Shown: positions 1 to 9,359, numbered from the stretch's first letter. The stretch: 64,000 bases of DNA from an uncultured Prevotellaceae bacterium (GCA_900318255.1 ONJX01000018.1:5598-69597); one strand, 5' to 3'. Translations and numbers: made by a program. Notes: generated by a model not told the origin, from the sequence alone.

Positions 1-184
1 CTTTCGACGATATGTCGGGGATGGCTTTGCTGAGTGCGTTGAAGCGCGTTCTCTCGTTCTCTGACAATATACACAATATCAATATAGGCCACTTGCCCGA
101 AATGTGCGAAAGCACATTGCGAATGGGACAATGTGCGATGTCGGTATATTTTTTTAAATTTTCTTGTAGTGGTAATGCGTTCAT
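1..184 (-). CDS. HxlR-family winged-helix transcriptional regulator (5' part, runs off the window start)
   Basis: Not in the ORF track. Manual translation MNALPLQENLKKYTDIAHCPIRNVLSHISGKWPILILCILSENERTRFNALSKAIPDISSK has the HxlR CP..VL..I.GKW..LIL signature; divergent from the cupin gene. Confidence 0.85.
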   Translation of the reverse strand, partial: MNALPLQENLKKYTDIAHCPIRNVLSHISGKWPILILCILSENERTRFNALSKAIPDISSK

Positions 185-328
185 TTTCAATATTACTTAC
201 TTTAAGGAAACTGCCTCACTTTTAGGTAACTTCTTGCAAGGGCTGAAAAAAAGACTTACCTTTGCGGTATCAAAAGTAAAGCGGATTTCCACTGCAAAGT
301 TAGTATAATTTTTAAAACATAGCAAATC

Positions 329-739
329 ATGAGTGAATTAAAAGTTTTGAACAGCGGCGATAAGTTCGCCCACACCTCGGTAGGAAAGGTGCTTGGCTTC
401 GAGGGCAAGCAGTTTGTAAAGGATGTGGTAGGTGCCACATCGTGTGAGATTTCTTTTGGCACACTGCCCACAGGCGTTGCCGTTCCCTTCTATCACAGCC
501 ACAAGGAGAACGAGGAGAACTACATCATCCTCTCGGGCGCAGGTCGTTTCCAGGTGGGCGATGAGGCGTTCGACATCGCCGAAGGCTCGGTGGTGCGTGT
601 AGCCACCAACTGCGACCGCAACATCAAGTGTACCTCGGCCGAGCCTATGACCTACATCTGCATCCAGGCAAAAGAAGGCTCGCTGGGCAACTACACCCAA
701 AGCGATGCCGAGATAACCGAGCATGAGGACAAGATGTAA
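329..739 (+). CDS. Cupin-domain protein
   Basis: PFYHSHKENEENYIILSGAGRFQVGDE cupin motif; TACCTTTG promoter box upstream. Confidence 0.85.
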   Translation: MSELKVLNSGDKFAHTSVGKVLGFEGKQFVKDVVGATSCEISFGTLPTGVAVPFYHSHKENEENYIILSGAGRFQVGDEAFDIAEGSVVRVATNCDRNIKCTSAEPMTYICIQAKEGSLGNYTQSDAEITEHEDKM

Positions 740-764
740 AATCACAACACTGCATCTGCAACAC

Positions 765-796
765 AAAATGACGCTCCAATATTTGGGGCGTTTTTT
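765..796 (+). terminator. Intrinsic terminator after the cupin gene
   Basis: GACGCTCCAA/TTGGGGCGTT stem followed by a T tract. Confidence 0.65.
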
Positions 797-799
797 GTT

Positions 800-968
800 A
801 TAGTTTTTGAGCCTCTGCGGTCTCTAACCTCTAACCGCTCAACTCTAAACTTTGTGAATTAGAAAAAATAGCCGGAGGCCTTTTTCTAATTCTCAAATAT
901 AAGTGGTTCAAACTTATAGGTGGTGAATTGCCTGCACTCTGGGAACTCCTCTTCATGGTTCCACATCA
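800..968 (-). repeat. Diverged copy of the element-end repeat (other copies at 11934 and 12957)
   Basis: Shares GGTCTCTAA..CTCTAAC.GCTCAACTCTAAACTTTG, the GAATTAGAAAAA..TTTTTCTAATTC hairpin and the coding tail ending IFEN-stop. Confidence 0.8.
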
Positions 969-1041
969 AGTGCACTATGCCAAAAGCGTAGGGTTGACAC
1001 TCGCCCAACTGACCGTCATTAAAGATTAGTCTCGTTGTCAT
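886..1041 (-). pseudogene. Chimeric prophage remnant: DUF6712-like N-terminus joined to the ...FEPLIFEN tail of the element's terminal gene
   Basis: Manual translation MTTRLIFNDGQLGECQPYAFGIVHLMWNHEEEFPECRQFTTYKFEPLIFEN; start resembles MTRIITSDEQL (16592) and end matches the repeat copies at 12.1 and 13.1 kb. Confidence 0.55.
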
Positions 1042-1055
1042 TATTGCTTAAAAAT

Positions 1056-1092
1056 AGCGGTTGATTCACTCCGCAGATGTAAACCAACCACT
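1056..1092. repeat. Conserved imperfect palindrome, copy 1 of 4
   Basis: AGCGGTTGATTCAC..GTAAACCAACCACT; homologues at 1802, 5968 and 16606. Confidence 0.85.
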
Positions 1093-1116
1093 TGAAGCCT
1101 TAGGAAGACGGTGTGT

Positions 1117-1671
1117 TTAGAATGTGGGTGATGAAGTGCCTTTTTGATAAATGTAATATATCAGCCTTTCATTGTCTTTCCCTTTCCAGTAAGGCGACTC
1201 GATGTCTAACCAAGTGTCGTTATTTTCGTCTGTGAATATGTCATTGAAGGGAATGTCTTGACCATACCACACTTCGCTGTGAGAAAATTCTTCATCATTG
1301 TTGATGGTAGCATATAGATTGAGGTAAGATTTGCCGTCTTTCCATAGTAGCGACCAGTTGCCTTTAAGGTCGCCGTTACCACTCGTTGTTTCCCAATCAG
1401 TCCAAACTTCTTGCTCACCAACGATAACCTTATGACGGGTTTGCTTTTTTACATAACCCGTTAGACTTCCATCGCTTGCAAAGGTAAGCTGCTCAAAAAG
1501 TTTGACGCTCTCATTTTGCCGTTCTTGCCACCACGAGCCAACGATTTTATCATTATACTTGTTGCGAAGTTCGTTGGTCTTCAATTCATTCTCGTTAATT
1601 GGTTCATCATTGCCACAACCGACAAGAGTTATAGCAACTGCCATAAGCAGCAAAAGTGCGATTTTTTTCAT
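1117..1671 (-). CDS. Hypothetical lipoprotein
   Basis: 184 aa; MKKIALLLL..LVGC lipobox; no domain recognised. Confidence 0.75.
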   Translation of the reverse strand: MKKIALLLLMAVAITLVGCGNDEPINENELKTNELRNKYNDKIVGSWWQERQNESVKLFEQLTFASDGSLTGYVKKQTRHKVIVGEQEVWTDWETTSGNGDLKGNWSLLWKDGKSYLNLYATINNDEEFSHSEVWYGQDIPFNDIFTDENNDTWLDIESPYWKGKDNERLIYYIYQKGTSSPTF

Positions 1672-1801
1672 ATCTAAAAACGGTTTTTACTATCTTTGTC
1701 ATTAATACGCGTAAAAAACATTAATGTTGCTGCAAGCACTTACAATTTAACAATAATTATCATGCGCACCGTCTATTGTGGAAGTGATATAGCGATAAGT
1801 T

Positions 1802-1838
1802 AAGCGGTTGATTTACTGCTAAGGTAAACCAACCGCTT
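1802..1838. repeat. Conserved imperfect palindrome, copy 2 of 4
   Basis: AAGCGGTTGATTTAC-TGCTAAG-GTAAACCAACCGCTT. Confidence 0.9.
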
Positions 1839-1902
1839 TGGCTCTTAAAAGATGTTGACGATAAATTGGAACTTATCTGTTTGTTGCGTTATCATGCCAG
1901 CA

Positions 1903-2466
1903 TCATAATACCAAATGCTTCATCGGATGACCGCCCCACGAACTGTCGTTCACATAACGAAAACCGATAGAGGTGTAAAGTTTCTCGCCAGCAGGATTCC
2001 CATTGTCAACCAACAACCCCACGCAGGGCAATCCCATCCGCTCCGCCTTCTCCTTGGTGGCTTTCAGGAGTTGCCGGGCAATGCCTTGGCGGCGATGTTC
2101 AGGTTCTATGGCAAGCGAGTCGAGATATAGCTCGCCCGCCTGCGTCTCGTCATCCATTCCTGAATGGTCCTTGCCGATGCACTCTTTTGCGGCTTGCACG
2201 AATGCCTGCCTCAGTGAATGTAAATGGCCACCGTCATAGCTGACGGCAATCCCAACTAACCTGTCTTCATCCATGGCCACCAGCGTATTAAGGTAGCTGT
2301 ATTGTGAATCTTCACGCTCCACAAGCATGGTCATCATCTCACGAAAGTCCTCCAGACCATAGCCCGCCTCACAAAAATGCAGGCAGCAATCGTCTGTCAT
2401 CGCCGTCATGATCAGCCGGGCAATATCGGCTGCTTGTCCCCTCTGGGCATTCTTTATCTCAATCAT
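1903..2466 (-). CDS. GNAT-family N-acetyltransferase
   Basis: LAIEPEHRRQGIARQLL acetyl-CoA motif and NPAGEKLYTSIGF. Confidence 0.9.
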   Translation of the reverse strand: MIEIKNAQRGQAADIARLIMTAMTDDCCLHFCEAGYGLEDFREMMTMLVEREDSQYSYLNTLVAMDEDRLVGIAVSYDGGHLHSLRQAFVQAAKECIGKDHSGMDDETQAGELYLDSLAIEPEHRRQGIARQLLKATKEKAERMGLPCVGLLVDNGNPAGEKLYTSIGFRYVNDSSWGGHPMKHLVL

Positions 2467-2476
2467 GATTTATTGC

Positions 2477-3181
2477 TTATTCTAATGTCCATCCATGGTC
2501 GCCATGATAAATCATCAGGCGTGTCATGCCGCCATCAATGCAGATGTTCTCGCCTGTGATGAAACCGGCCTTGCTGGAACAGAGATAGAGCACCATGCAG
2601 GCAATGTCCATGGGATTGCCAACACGACCCACTGGCTGCTGGGTGGCGTCGGGACCTTCATACACGGTGCTGGCGGTATCAATCCATCCAGGAGAGATAG
2701 AGTTGACACGAACCTTACCAGCCAGGCTGACAGCCATAGCATGGGTCAGAGAGGCAATACCACCCTTGGCGGCAGTGTAGCTCTCAGTTTGAGGTTGACT
2801 CATGCGGTCGCGCGAAGACGAAATATTCACGATGGCAGCACCCTCGTCGAAGTGAGGCAGAAAGAGTTTTGTGAGGTAAAACGGAGCGGTCACGCCCACA
2901 CTCATAGCATACTGGAAATCCTCATAACTGCATTCATCAATACCCTTCATCAGCGGCAGGGCATTATTGATAAGAAAATCCAGGTGGCCGTGCTTCTCTA
3001 TCACTTCTTTGGCAAATCGCTCCAACACTTGTTTGTCGGCAAGGTCGCCCACAAAGTGGTTGCCCGGCTGCTTGTCAATCACACAAACCGTGGCTCCTGC
3101 CTTCAGGAACTCATCGGCGATGCACCTGCCTATACCTTGTGCGCCACCCGTCACGACTACTACTTTTTTCTTGAAATCCAT
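2477..3181 (-). CDS. SDR-family oxidoreductase
   Basis: TGGAQGIG Rossmann motif, NNA, YTAAK catalytic motif, VNSISPG. Confidence 0.92.
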   Translation of the reverse strand: MDFKKKVVVVTGGAQGIGRCIADEFLKAGATVCVIDKQPGNHFVGDLADKQVLERFAKEVIEKHGHLDFLINNALPLMKGIDECSYEDFQYAMSVGVTAPFYLTKLFLPHFDEGAAIVNISSSRDRMSQPQTESYTAAKGGIASLTHAMAVSLAGKVRVNSISPGWIDTASTVYEGPDATQQPVGRVGNPMDIACMVLYLCSSKAGFITGENICIDGGMTRLMIYHGDHGWTLE

Positions 3182-3208
3182 AATTGATTCAATTTGCTTA
3201 AATGGAAT

Positions 3209-3529
3209 TTACTTCTTTCTCTTTTGCTTGGGTTCAGGGAGAACCTTGCATGTTTCAATGACCAACTTAGAAAGATAGTCATGGTCATCTACATCTGCTA
3301 TGTAGAAATACTGCTTTGCGCCCTCATAGGGCGGACGCAATTCTTCCGTTCTGAGCAATGGACGTACTGCCTCAGTAGGTTTCAGATAGAAACAGTCATC
3401 ACAGATTAGACCAAATATCTTTCCATTGCAATAGATTCCATAGTCCCCAAACATTTTCTTGGCTACTATATCACCAGCTCCCGAACATTGGTCAACAATA
3501 TATTGCACAAAGTCCTTACTACTTGCCAT
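3209..3529 (-). CDS. TfoX/Sxy N-terminal domain protein
   Basis: KKMFGDYGIYCNGKIFGLICDDCFYLK is typical of TfoX_N. Confidence 0.85.
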   Translation of the reverse strand: MASSKDFVQYIVDQCSGAGDIVAKKMFGDYGIYCNGKIFGLICDDCFYLKPTEAVRPLLRTEELRPPYEGAKQYFYIADVDDHDYLSKLVIETCKVLPEPKQKRKK

Positions 3530-3541
3530 ATAAAATCCGAT

Positions 3542-3694
3542 TTATTCTTTTGTGAATTTATAAACTGCCAGGGTTGGCAACACGACCATAAGCATTAGCG
3601 TAATCTCCACTAAGGCGTATGAACCAAAATAGTCAACCAGTGTCTTGAAGTCATTCAGCATCGTTTTGAGGACGGTAATCTTTACTATCTTCAT
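3542..3694 (-). CDS. Small ORF (50 aa) with hydrophobic C-terminus; possibly a remnant
   Basis: Manual translation MKIVKITVLKTMLNDFKTLVDYFGSYALVEITLMLMVVLPTLAVYKFTKE, in line with neighbouring minus-strand genes. Confidence 0.4.
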   Translation of the reverse strand: MKIVKITVLKTMLNDFKTLVDYFGSYALVEITLMLMVVLPTLAVYKFTKE

Positions 3695-3798
3695 ATATCT
3701 CTGTTCCTATTTGTTTTGTTGCTAAATTGGAATTTACTGACTGACAGAGGTTAACCTGTAAATACATTATCTTAACTTTTTTTGAATTTGTCCTGCTA

Positions 3799-4320
3799 TC
3801 AGATATTTCGTGAATTTTTTACTCTCTCATTCAAAATTTCGCACAATTCCTTCGGTTTAATCGTCAGGCCTTCTGCGGGAAGTGCTTCTTGTGAACCAGC
3901 CACACTCTTGTTGAAGCGGCGAACGGCACGCCCAGCCTTGCTAGCATCTTCAAATTTGTGCAACTCTACGTTTTCTTTGTATTGTATGCCAATCAACTTT
4001 GTCTTTCCCCTTTCTGTTCCCACTTTCGTGAGATAGAAGCGTTCTACATCAGCAAAGTGAACTTCATAAGTCTTTAAACCACTATTCATAATGATTCTAT
4101 CATCCGTAATCATATAATATGGTGTGTGGGTTATTCTTTCTTTCAATATGAGAAATAACATGAAAAGTCCACCTCCGCCAAAGAATAAGATGCCAGCCCA
4201 TACAATGAATGATTGTTCTCCATGCAGAAGCATGAAAATTCCCATTGCAACAACCCCAAAACATACAGCCATTAAGGCTATGTTTTTCCAAATTGAATGA
4301 TATATTCTGATATCTTCCAT
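3799..4320 (-). CDS. Membrane protein with two N-terminal TM helices (STM3941-like)
   Basis: Start placed at MEDIRIY because the TACCTTTG box lies at 4351-4358; two hydrophobic helices then a soluble domain. Confidence 0.65.
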   Translation of the reverse strand: MEDIRIYHSIWKNIALMAVCFGVVAMGIFMLLHGEQSFIVWAGILFFGGGGLFMLFLILKERITHTPYYMITDDRIIMNSGLKTYEVHFADVERFYLTKVGTERGKTKLIGIQYKENVELHKFEDASKAGRAVRRFNKSVAGSQEALPAEGLTIKPKELCEILNERVKNSRNI

Positions 4321-4350
4321 AAATTCCAATTTATCGTTCAAATTATGCCA

Positions 4351-4392
4351 CAAAGGTAGGCATTTTTTCCGCTACCTGCGCTTATTTCTTGG
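4351..4392 (-). promoter_or_regulatory. Bacteroidetes promoter block, duplicated at 8633-8673
   Basis: Plus strand CAAAGGTAGGCATTTTT(T)CCGCTACCTGCGCTTATTTCTTGG occurs twice; contains TACCTTTG (TAnnTTTG -7 box) on the minus strand. Confidence 0.75.
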
Positions 4393-4648
4393 AGATTTGT
4401 TATTCATCAGCCTTTGGTAATCATCTTGAGGTTGGTGAGCTATCGCTTTCCTCCTCCTTGCAAGGCATAGTGCAAGTGAGCTTGCCTCTGTATTAGGCTT
4501 ACGCAATATTTCACGTAGGGCATTGTTGTCACGAACCATGACCAATGGGGTTTGTAAAAAAAGAGCTCATACGGTTGCCAGAAACAAAAAAATGTTTACC
4601 TTTGTGGACGAAAACTGTGCATTTGCACAAAAAACAATCACAACAAAT

Positions 4649-5911
4649 ATGGAAATACAACGTAACATCCATTTAAACAGGCTAATAAGTCGTCGCCACA
4701 ATGGAATGATAAAGGTGGTAACAGGTTTGCGTCGTTGTGGCAAATCTTATTTGCTTTTTAAATTGTTTGACAGGTACTTACGTAATGAAGGTGTTGATGA
4801 CAAACACATAATCAAAATTAATTTGGAAGACCGCCGAAACATGGCATTGCGTGACCCAGACAATCTGTTGGCGCACATTGACAGCAAATTGCAAGATGAC
4901 CAAATACACTACATTCTGCTCGATGAGGTGCAGTTTGTCAGTGAATTTGAGGACGTTCTCAACAGTTACTTGCAAGTGCCCAACGCCGATGTATATGTCA
5001 CCGGCTCAAACGCCAAGTTCCTGTCAAAAGATGTGATCACCGAGTTCCGCGGTCGTGGTGACGAGGTACGCATCCATCCATTGTCGTTCGGTGAATTTAT
5101 GAACGTGCGCGATGGCATGAGTAAAGCTGAGGCACTCAATGAATATGTGACCTATGGCGGCTTGCCTCAAGTAGTTCTCATTGACTCTGTGCAAGATAAA
5201 CGGAAATACCTGCAAAACCTGTTTCGACACACCTATTTAAGCGATATTCGCGAGTGGCATCAAATCAGGAATGATGATGATTTGGAGGAGTTGGTCAACA
5301 TCATCGCTTCGTCTATTGGAGGATTGATAAATCCTCAAAAAATCATGAACACATTTCACTCGGTGAAGCATAGCGACATTGGCAGAAACACTATCAAGCG
5401 TTATCTAGAATACCTTGAAGATGCGTTCCTGATTGAGAAAGCATTGCGTTACAACATAAAGGGCAAAAAGTACATCGACACTCCAGCAAAGTATTACTTT
5501 GACGACATGGGGTTACGCAATGCCCGGTTAAACTTTAGGCAGACCGAACCGACTCATTTGTTTGAGAATGCAGTATATAACGAGTTGAGACTGCGTGGTT
5601 ATTCGGTGGACGTAGGTCAAGTAACCAGATATGTGACTGGCGATGACGGCAAACGCGAGCGTCGCAATCTCGAAGTAGATTTTGTGTGCAATGAGGGATA
5701 CAAGCGGAGCTATATTCAAGTCGCTTATCGTTTGCCAGATGAGGAGAAGCGCGACCAAGAGTTAAACTCGTTACGTAATATCAACGACAGCTTCCAAAAG
5801 GTGGTGATTGTAGGTGACAATTATCCTAAATATCAAAATGATAAAGGGGTATTGTTCATTAGTATTTACGACTTCTTGCTCAACGAAAACAGCTTGAATG
5901 ACAATAATTGA
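4649..5911 (+). CDS. AAA_14 ATPase with DUF4143 C-terminal domain
   Basis: Walker A GLRRCGKS, Walker B LLDEVQ, TGSN, YYFDDMGLRN, EVDFV..IQV; start set at MEIQR after TACCTTTG at 4597. Confidence 0.9.
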   Translation: MEIQRNIHLNRLISRRHNGMIKVVTGLRRCGKSYLLFKLFDRYLRNEGVDDKHIIKINLEDRRNMALRDPDNLLAHIDSKLQDDQIHYILLDEVQFVSEFEDVLNSYLQVPNADVYVTGSNAKFLSKDVITEFRGRGDEVRIHPLSFGEFMNVRDGMSKAEALNEYVTYGGLPQVVLIDSVQDKRKYLQNLFRHTYLSDIREWHQIRNDDDLEELVNIIASSIGGLINPQKIMNTFHSVKHSDIGRNTIKRYLEYLEDAFLIEKALRYNIKGKKYIDTPAKYYFDDMGLRNARLNFRQTEPTHLFENAVYNELRLRGYSVDVGQVTRYVTGDDGKRERRNLEVDFVCNEGYKRSYIQVAYRLPDEEKRDQELNSLRNINDSFQKVVIVGDNYPKYQNDKGVLFISIYDFLLNENSLNDNN

Positions 5912-5967
5912 AACAAAGTCGTGCCCACGCTGTGCACCGTCTGTTGTGAGTGAGATTGCCATAAGTT

Positions 5968-6003
5968 AAGCGGTTGAGATACGCTTGGTTAACTCAACCG
6001 CTT
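5968..6003. repeat. Conserved imperfect palindrome, copy 3 of 4
   Basis: AAGCGGTTGAG..CTCAACCGCTT; the following CTTGAAGCCTTA.GA flank is shared with copy 1. Confidence 0.85.
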
Positions 6004-6027
6004 GAAGCCTTAAGAGACGTTGCTACA

Positions 6028-6465
6028 TCAGTTATTGTCTATTTTGGTGTCTTTCTTAAAACGAGCGATTTCCTCTTTGGAATCGGTCTTATACCAAACC
6101 ATTTCATTCTTTGTGAGTCGGTGGATGTCACACTCAATATAAATTTTGGTCTGACCATCATGTTCCTTGCCGGTAAAGATGTTCATGTGTGCTGTTTCTC
6201 CAACTCGGTAATGAAGGTCGGTAACCGTCCATCCTTCATCGGGCCAATTTGATTCATAAAGCTCAATTCGCCCAGAATAAGACGTTTCAGGATAGAACAC
6301 ATATTTAACGACACTCGCGTCTTGTATCCTACTAGCGAACACTTGTGTCCAAATGCCCTCAAGTCTGCTTGAGTCAAAACTCTTGACATCCTCGTCGCCG
6401 CATGATGTTGCGGCAAGAAGTGTGATAGACAAAAAGATGAAACTAAGCCACTTAAATTTTCTCAT
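6028..6465 (-). CDS. Hypothetical lipoprotein (lipocalin-like)
   Basis: Lipobox AATSC followed by the LEGIW motif common to lipocalin-like Bacteroidetes lipoproteins. Confidence 0.7.
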   Translation of the reverse strand: MRKFKWLSFIFLSITLLAATSCGDEDVKSFDSSRLEGIWTQVFASRIQDASVVKYVFYPETSYSGRIELYESNWPDEGWTVTDLHYRVGETAHMNIFTGKEHDGQTKIYIECDIHRLTKNEMVWYKTDSKEEIARFKKDTKIDNN

Positions 6466-6515
6466 AACTTAAAGATATTATTGAATACTTGTAAATCCCG
6501 ATTTATCTGTTTTTG

Positions 6516-7199
6516 TTAATCAGCTTTGAAGATAATATGCATATAGTTTCCATTTTCATAACCGAAGCGCTGCACGAGCGTGGAACCGTCGTAGATAGCT
6601 TCCAGTTGCAGTTTTATGCCGTTTTCAACAAGTGAGCAGAACGCTTTCGGCTGTTTCAGTTCGTCCTCCGTAAACTTGTAATACTGGCTGTTGTTATTAA
6701 ACTCTATGCGGATGTGATGATCAACACCATCGTAGTTCAAGTTTAGCAGCATGACATTGGGGATGAAAGCCCATTTCACATGAGAATAGTCAGTGTCGTA
6801 GTCGAAGCCATAGCGGGCAGTGATAGCCTGCTGAGTAGACTCGGCAAGTGCATGGCTGAGTCCTTCGTCAGTAACCACCTTTGAAATCAGAGATATGGGG
6901 AAGTCTTGAAAGAAAACATGCAGCATATTGTTGTCAGACACATCAACCTGTACGCCATTGAAGGTTTCACTATGGGCTACCGTTATAGGTCGACCTGCCT
7001 CGTCAGTCCCTTCGACACAATCTTTGTTTTTGTAGGTAATGATATACAGGCCAGGATATTCACCCGAAATGTTCTGCGCATAGGCTTCCTTTTGCTTGCT
7101 CGTCAATTGCTTCACAACATCGTCTTCGCTGCTACAAGATGCGAGGAAGAAAACTGAGAACAATAGCGATATAAATCCTAAAAACTTTAATTTTCTCAT
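6516..7199 (-). CDS. Lipoprotein, DUF4840-like
   Basis: FLASC lipobox; SGEYPG..FPISLISK..ALA..YGFD pattern. Confidence 0.6.
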   Translation of the reverse strand: MRKLKFLGFISLLFSVFFLASCSSEDDVVKQLTSKQKEAYAQNISGEYPGLYIITYKNKDCVEGTDEAGRPITVAHSETFNGVQVDVSDNNMLHVFFQDFPISLISKVVTDEGLSHALAESTQQAITARYGFDYDTDYSHVKWAFIPNVMLLNLNYDGVDHHIRIEFNNNSQYYKFTEDELKQPKAFCSLVENGIKLQLEAIYDGSTLVQRFGYENGNYMHIIFKAD

Positions 7200-7265
7200 A
7201 TTACTACTCTAATTTACACATTTGCTACTACCAATTAACGCAGGAAAATCGCGATTATTATGCTG

Positions 7266-8600
7266 CTACTTTTCAAACTTAACAAACATGTCTCGGAAGT
7301 TGATTATGGTTTTCCTGTGCTGAAGAACGGCGGCAATACCTATATTGCCATGACAATGTTCGTCAGCCAGCGTGCTTTCTTCGTCAACAACGGCCTCAAC
7401 AAGTTGAATCGGCATGTTGCCTATGGAAAGACTAAATGGCCGGATGACTTTCATTTCCCTTGCCCCGGCATTTCCATAGCCACCACCTGAGATTGTGTCG
7501 GTTGTGGCAATTTTATCTATAATTTCACGATGAGAGTTGTAATAAGCAGCATAGAGATAGCAGGCATTATTGCTTGCGTTGCCAGTGTCGAAGAGGAATC
7601 TGAGGCTTTCATCACCTGCAGTCGCTTCCACGTGTGAGTTGTATAGCATGTTACGACCAAAAGCTGGCAGTGGCGATGTTTTGAAAGGGAACAGCATGGT
7701 GCTGTCGTCCATGCAAATTTGTGTTTCGCCGATGGCTGATATGACATCACGGCCTAATATGGGTCCGACTCCTACCAAGTCAAGAAGTTCGCTCTCCTCC
7801 TCCAACCCTACGCCCGCTATGATGTTGCGGACGGTTATCTCGCCTATTTGCAGACTGTCGATGAACGTGCGCAACCCTTTGGAGTTTCCCGTATAGACCA
7901 CGGTGTCGCCAATAAGTGGCAAGCCCTTCTCCCTGACGAACTTCTCGGTGACAAAAGTCATTCCTGCTCCTGTGTCAAAATGGAAAGGTATGGTTTCGCC
8001 ATGAAGCGTTACAGGAATACTCATCAATACCGATTTGGCATCGGGATTTCTTTCATCTTTCTTTCTCATCCACGATTCAATCCGCTTAGGCTTCAGTTCA
8101 TTCATGGCGAATGGAACTGAGACATCATGATTGGGACGCAACAGACTCAGTGCAGGCAACTCACGAAGAGCATTTACATGCTGATAATAATAGCCCATGG
8201 CGTCCAACCCTTGTGTCACGCCTTGCCCTTTCAGCTGGTCAAGAACGTTTTTTATGAAATCGGCCGCTTCGGCATACCTTCCCATCTCTTCCAGCAACTG
8301 AGCACGCAGAATGATGAAATTAAATATTCCTGCCCCTAGGTCTGACTGGTGATTAGACAGCAATTCATTTAGGCATTCCAGCGCACGCTCTTTTTGGTTG
8401 AAGTTACGGGCAATCATAGCCTCGGCCACCACCTTCAAAAAAGGCACCTGAATCGAATCCTTTAATATTGGGTACTCTTTCTCAAGTTCAAACCAATCTT
8501 CAGTATTGATAAGTTCACCAATACGCTGATCAGGTTGCTGAGCCGAAATCGTCCGAAAAGACAACAGCGACAGCAGGATTATAATAATAATTCTTGACAT
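7266..8600 (-). CDS. Secreted retropepsin-like aspartyl protease (two-domain)
   Basis: Signal peptide, TPR-like helical region, two FDTG catalytic motifs (FHFDTGA, FLFDTGN). Confidence 0.85.
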   Translation of the reverse strand: MSRIIIIILLSLLSFRTISAQQPDQRIGELINTEDWFELEKEYPILKDSIQVPFLKVVAEAMIARNFNQKERALECLNELLSNHQSDLGAGIFNFIILRAQLLEEMGRYAEAADFIKNVLDQLKGQGVTQGLDAMGYYYQHVNALRELPALSLLRPNHDVSVPFAMNELKPKRIESWMRKKDERNPDAKSVLMSIPVTLHGETIPFHFDTGAGMTFVTEKFVREKGLPLIGDTVVYTGNSKGLRTFIDSLQIGEITVRNIIAGVGLEEESELLDLVGVGPILGRDVISAIGETQICMDDSTMLFPFKTSPLPAFGRNMLYNSHVEATAGDESLRFLFDTGNASNNACYLYAAYYNSHREIIDKIATTDTISGGGYGNAGAREMKVIRPFSLSIGNMPIQLVEAVVDEESTLADEHCHGNIGIAAVLQHRKTIINFRDMFVKFEK

Positions 8601-8632
8601 ATAAAATCTGATTTATCGTTCTAATAACACAG

Positions 8633-8673
8633 CAAAGGTAGGCATTTTTCCGCTACCTGCGCTTATTTCTTGG
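8633..8673 (-). promoter_or_regulatory. Second copy of the promoter block at 4351-4392
   Basis: Near-identical 41-42 bp sequence upstream of the aspartyl protease gene. Confidence 0.75.
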
Positions 8674-8713
8674 GACTATTTTTAATAATCATCGTATGCC
8701 TGTTTTCCTCATT

Positions 8714-8971
8714 TCAAGCGTGCAGGGGCATGGCGATGTTCACGTGCTCCACGTTGTCCGCTCCCTGCTCCACGCTCTCCACCAGGCGGAGTTGCGACAG
8801 TATCGCCTTCCAGTTCTCGAAAATCTGCTGCTCGGTGCTGCTTGACGCACTGGTGAGCAAGTCAGTGATGTCGTGAAGGAGTGCCCCCACCGTCTCGGGC
8901 GAGATCGACTCCTTCTCCGTCTCCACACAGAATGCGGAGATAAGTTGAGTCAGTTGTGTTGTGTCAATCAT
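8714..8971 (-). pseudogene. Truncated 5' end of a prophage tail/structural gene
   Basis: MIDTTQLTQLISAF.VETEKESISPETVGALL resembles the N-terminus of long Bacteroidales prophage tail proteins; ends abruptly after 85 aa; GC-rich relative to its neighbours. Confidence 0.6.
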
Positions 8972-8989
8972 AAGAAAAAAGTTTTGGAT

Positions 8990-9057
8990 AAATCAGGCTG
9001 CGTCTCGGAAAAGCTCAAGTAAACTTGGCTTTTCACTCAACTTGCACTGATTTTGCG
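8990..9057 (+). repeat. Dispersed intergenic repeat of the family targeted by the IS110
   Basis: ATAAATCAGGCTGCGTCTCGGAAAAGCTC..TTGCACTGATTTTG aligns with the reconstructed IS110 empty site ATAAATTAGGCTGCACCTCGGCATA..TTGCACTAATTTTTG; the same 3' end recurs near 24690-24706. Confidence 0.6.
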
Positions 9058-9166
9058 GTTTTCTGTCGCAAAACTACACTCAAAGTTTGGTTGACGAAAA
9101 GACACAAAAAATAGTTAATTAAACTTATAAAATAAGGTGTCATAATAGTAATCACAATTTTTTGCT

Positions 9167-9174
9167 TATTTTTG
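9167..9174 (+). promoter_or_regulatory. -7 promoter box for the retron operon
   Basis: TATTTTTG matches TAnnTTTG about 30 nt upstream of the ncRNA. Confidence 0.55.
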
Positions 9175-9205
9175 TAAAAAATTGTATTTAATCAATTTTA
9201 ATATT

Positions 9206-9345
9206 GAGCGACAAGAAATAAATTTCAAGCTTTGATTCGGATTTTCCGAATTAGTTTACTGGTATCGGTAAATAGAAATTAATGTATCAAAGTGTACCAA
9301 TCAAACCTTTCAAGGAAAGCAAATTATTTTATTTCTTTGTCGCTC
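9206..9345 (+). ncRNA. Putative retron msr-msd RNA
   Basis: Terminal inverted repeats GAGCGACAAGAAATAAA (9206-9222) and TTTATTTCTTTGTCGCTC (9328-9345, one bulged T); internal hairpins TTCGGA-TTT-TCCGAA, TTTACTG-GTAT-CGGTAAA, CTTTC-AAG-GAAAG; ends 14 nt before the RT ATG. Confidence 0.8.
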
Positions 9346-9359
9346 TTTTTTCTTAAAAA

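Noticed and set aside
12-308. 98-aa plus-strand ORF
   Set aside because: It is the antisense shadow of the HxlR gene and promoter region.
4649-5911. AAA_14/DUF4143 ATPase as part of a multi-gene defence system
   Set aside because: Stand-alone gene of a very common mobile family, with no co-oriented partner.
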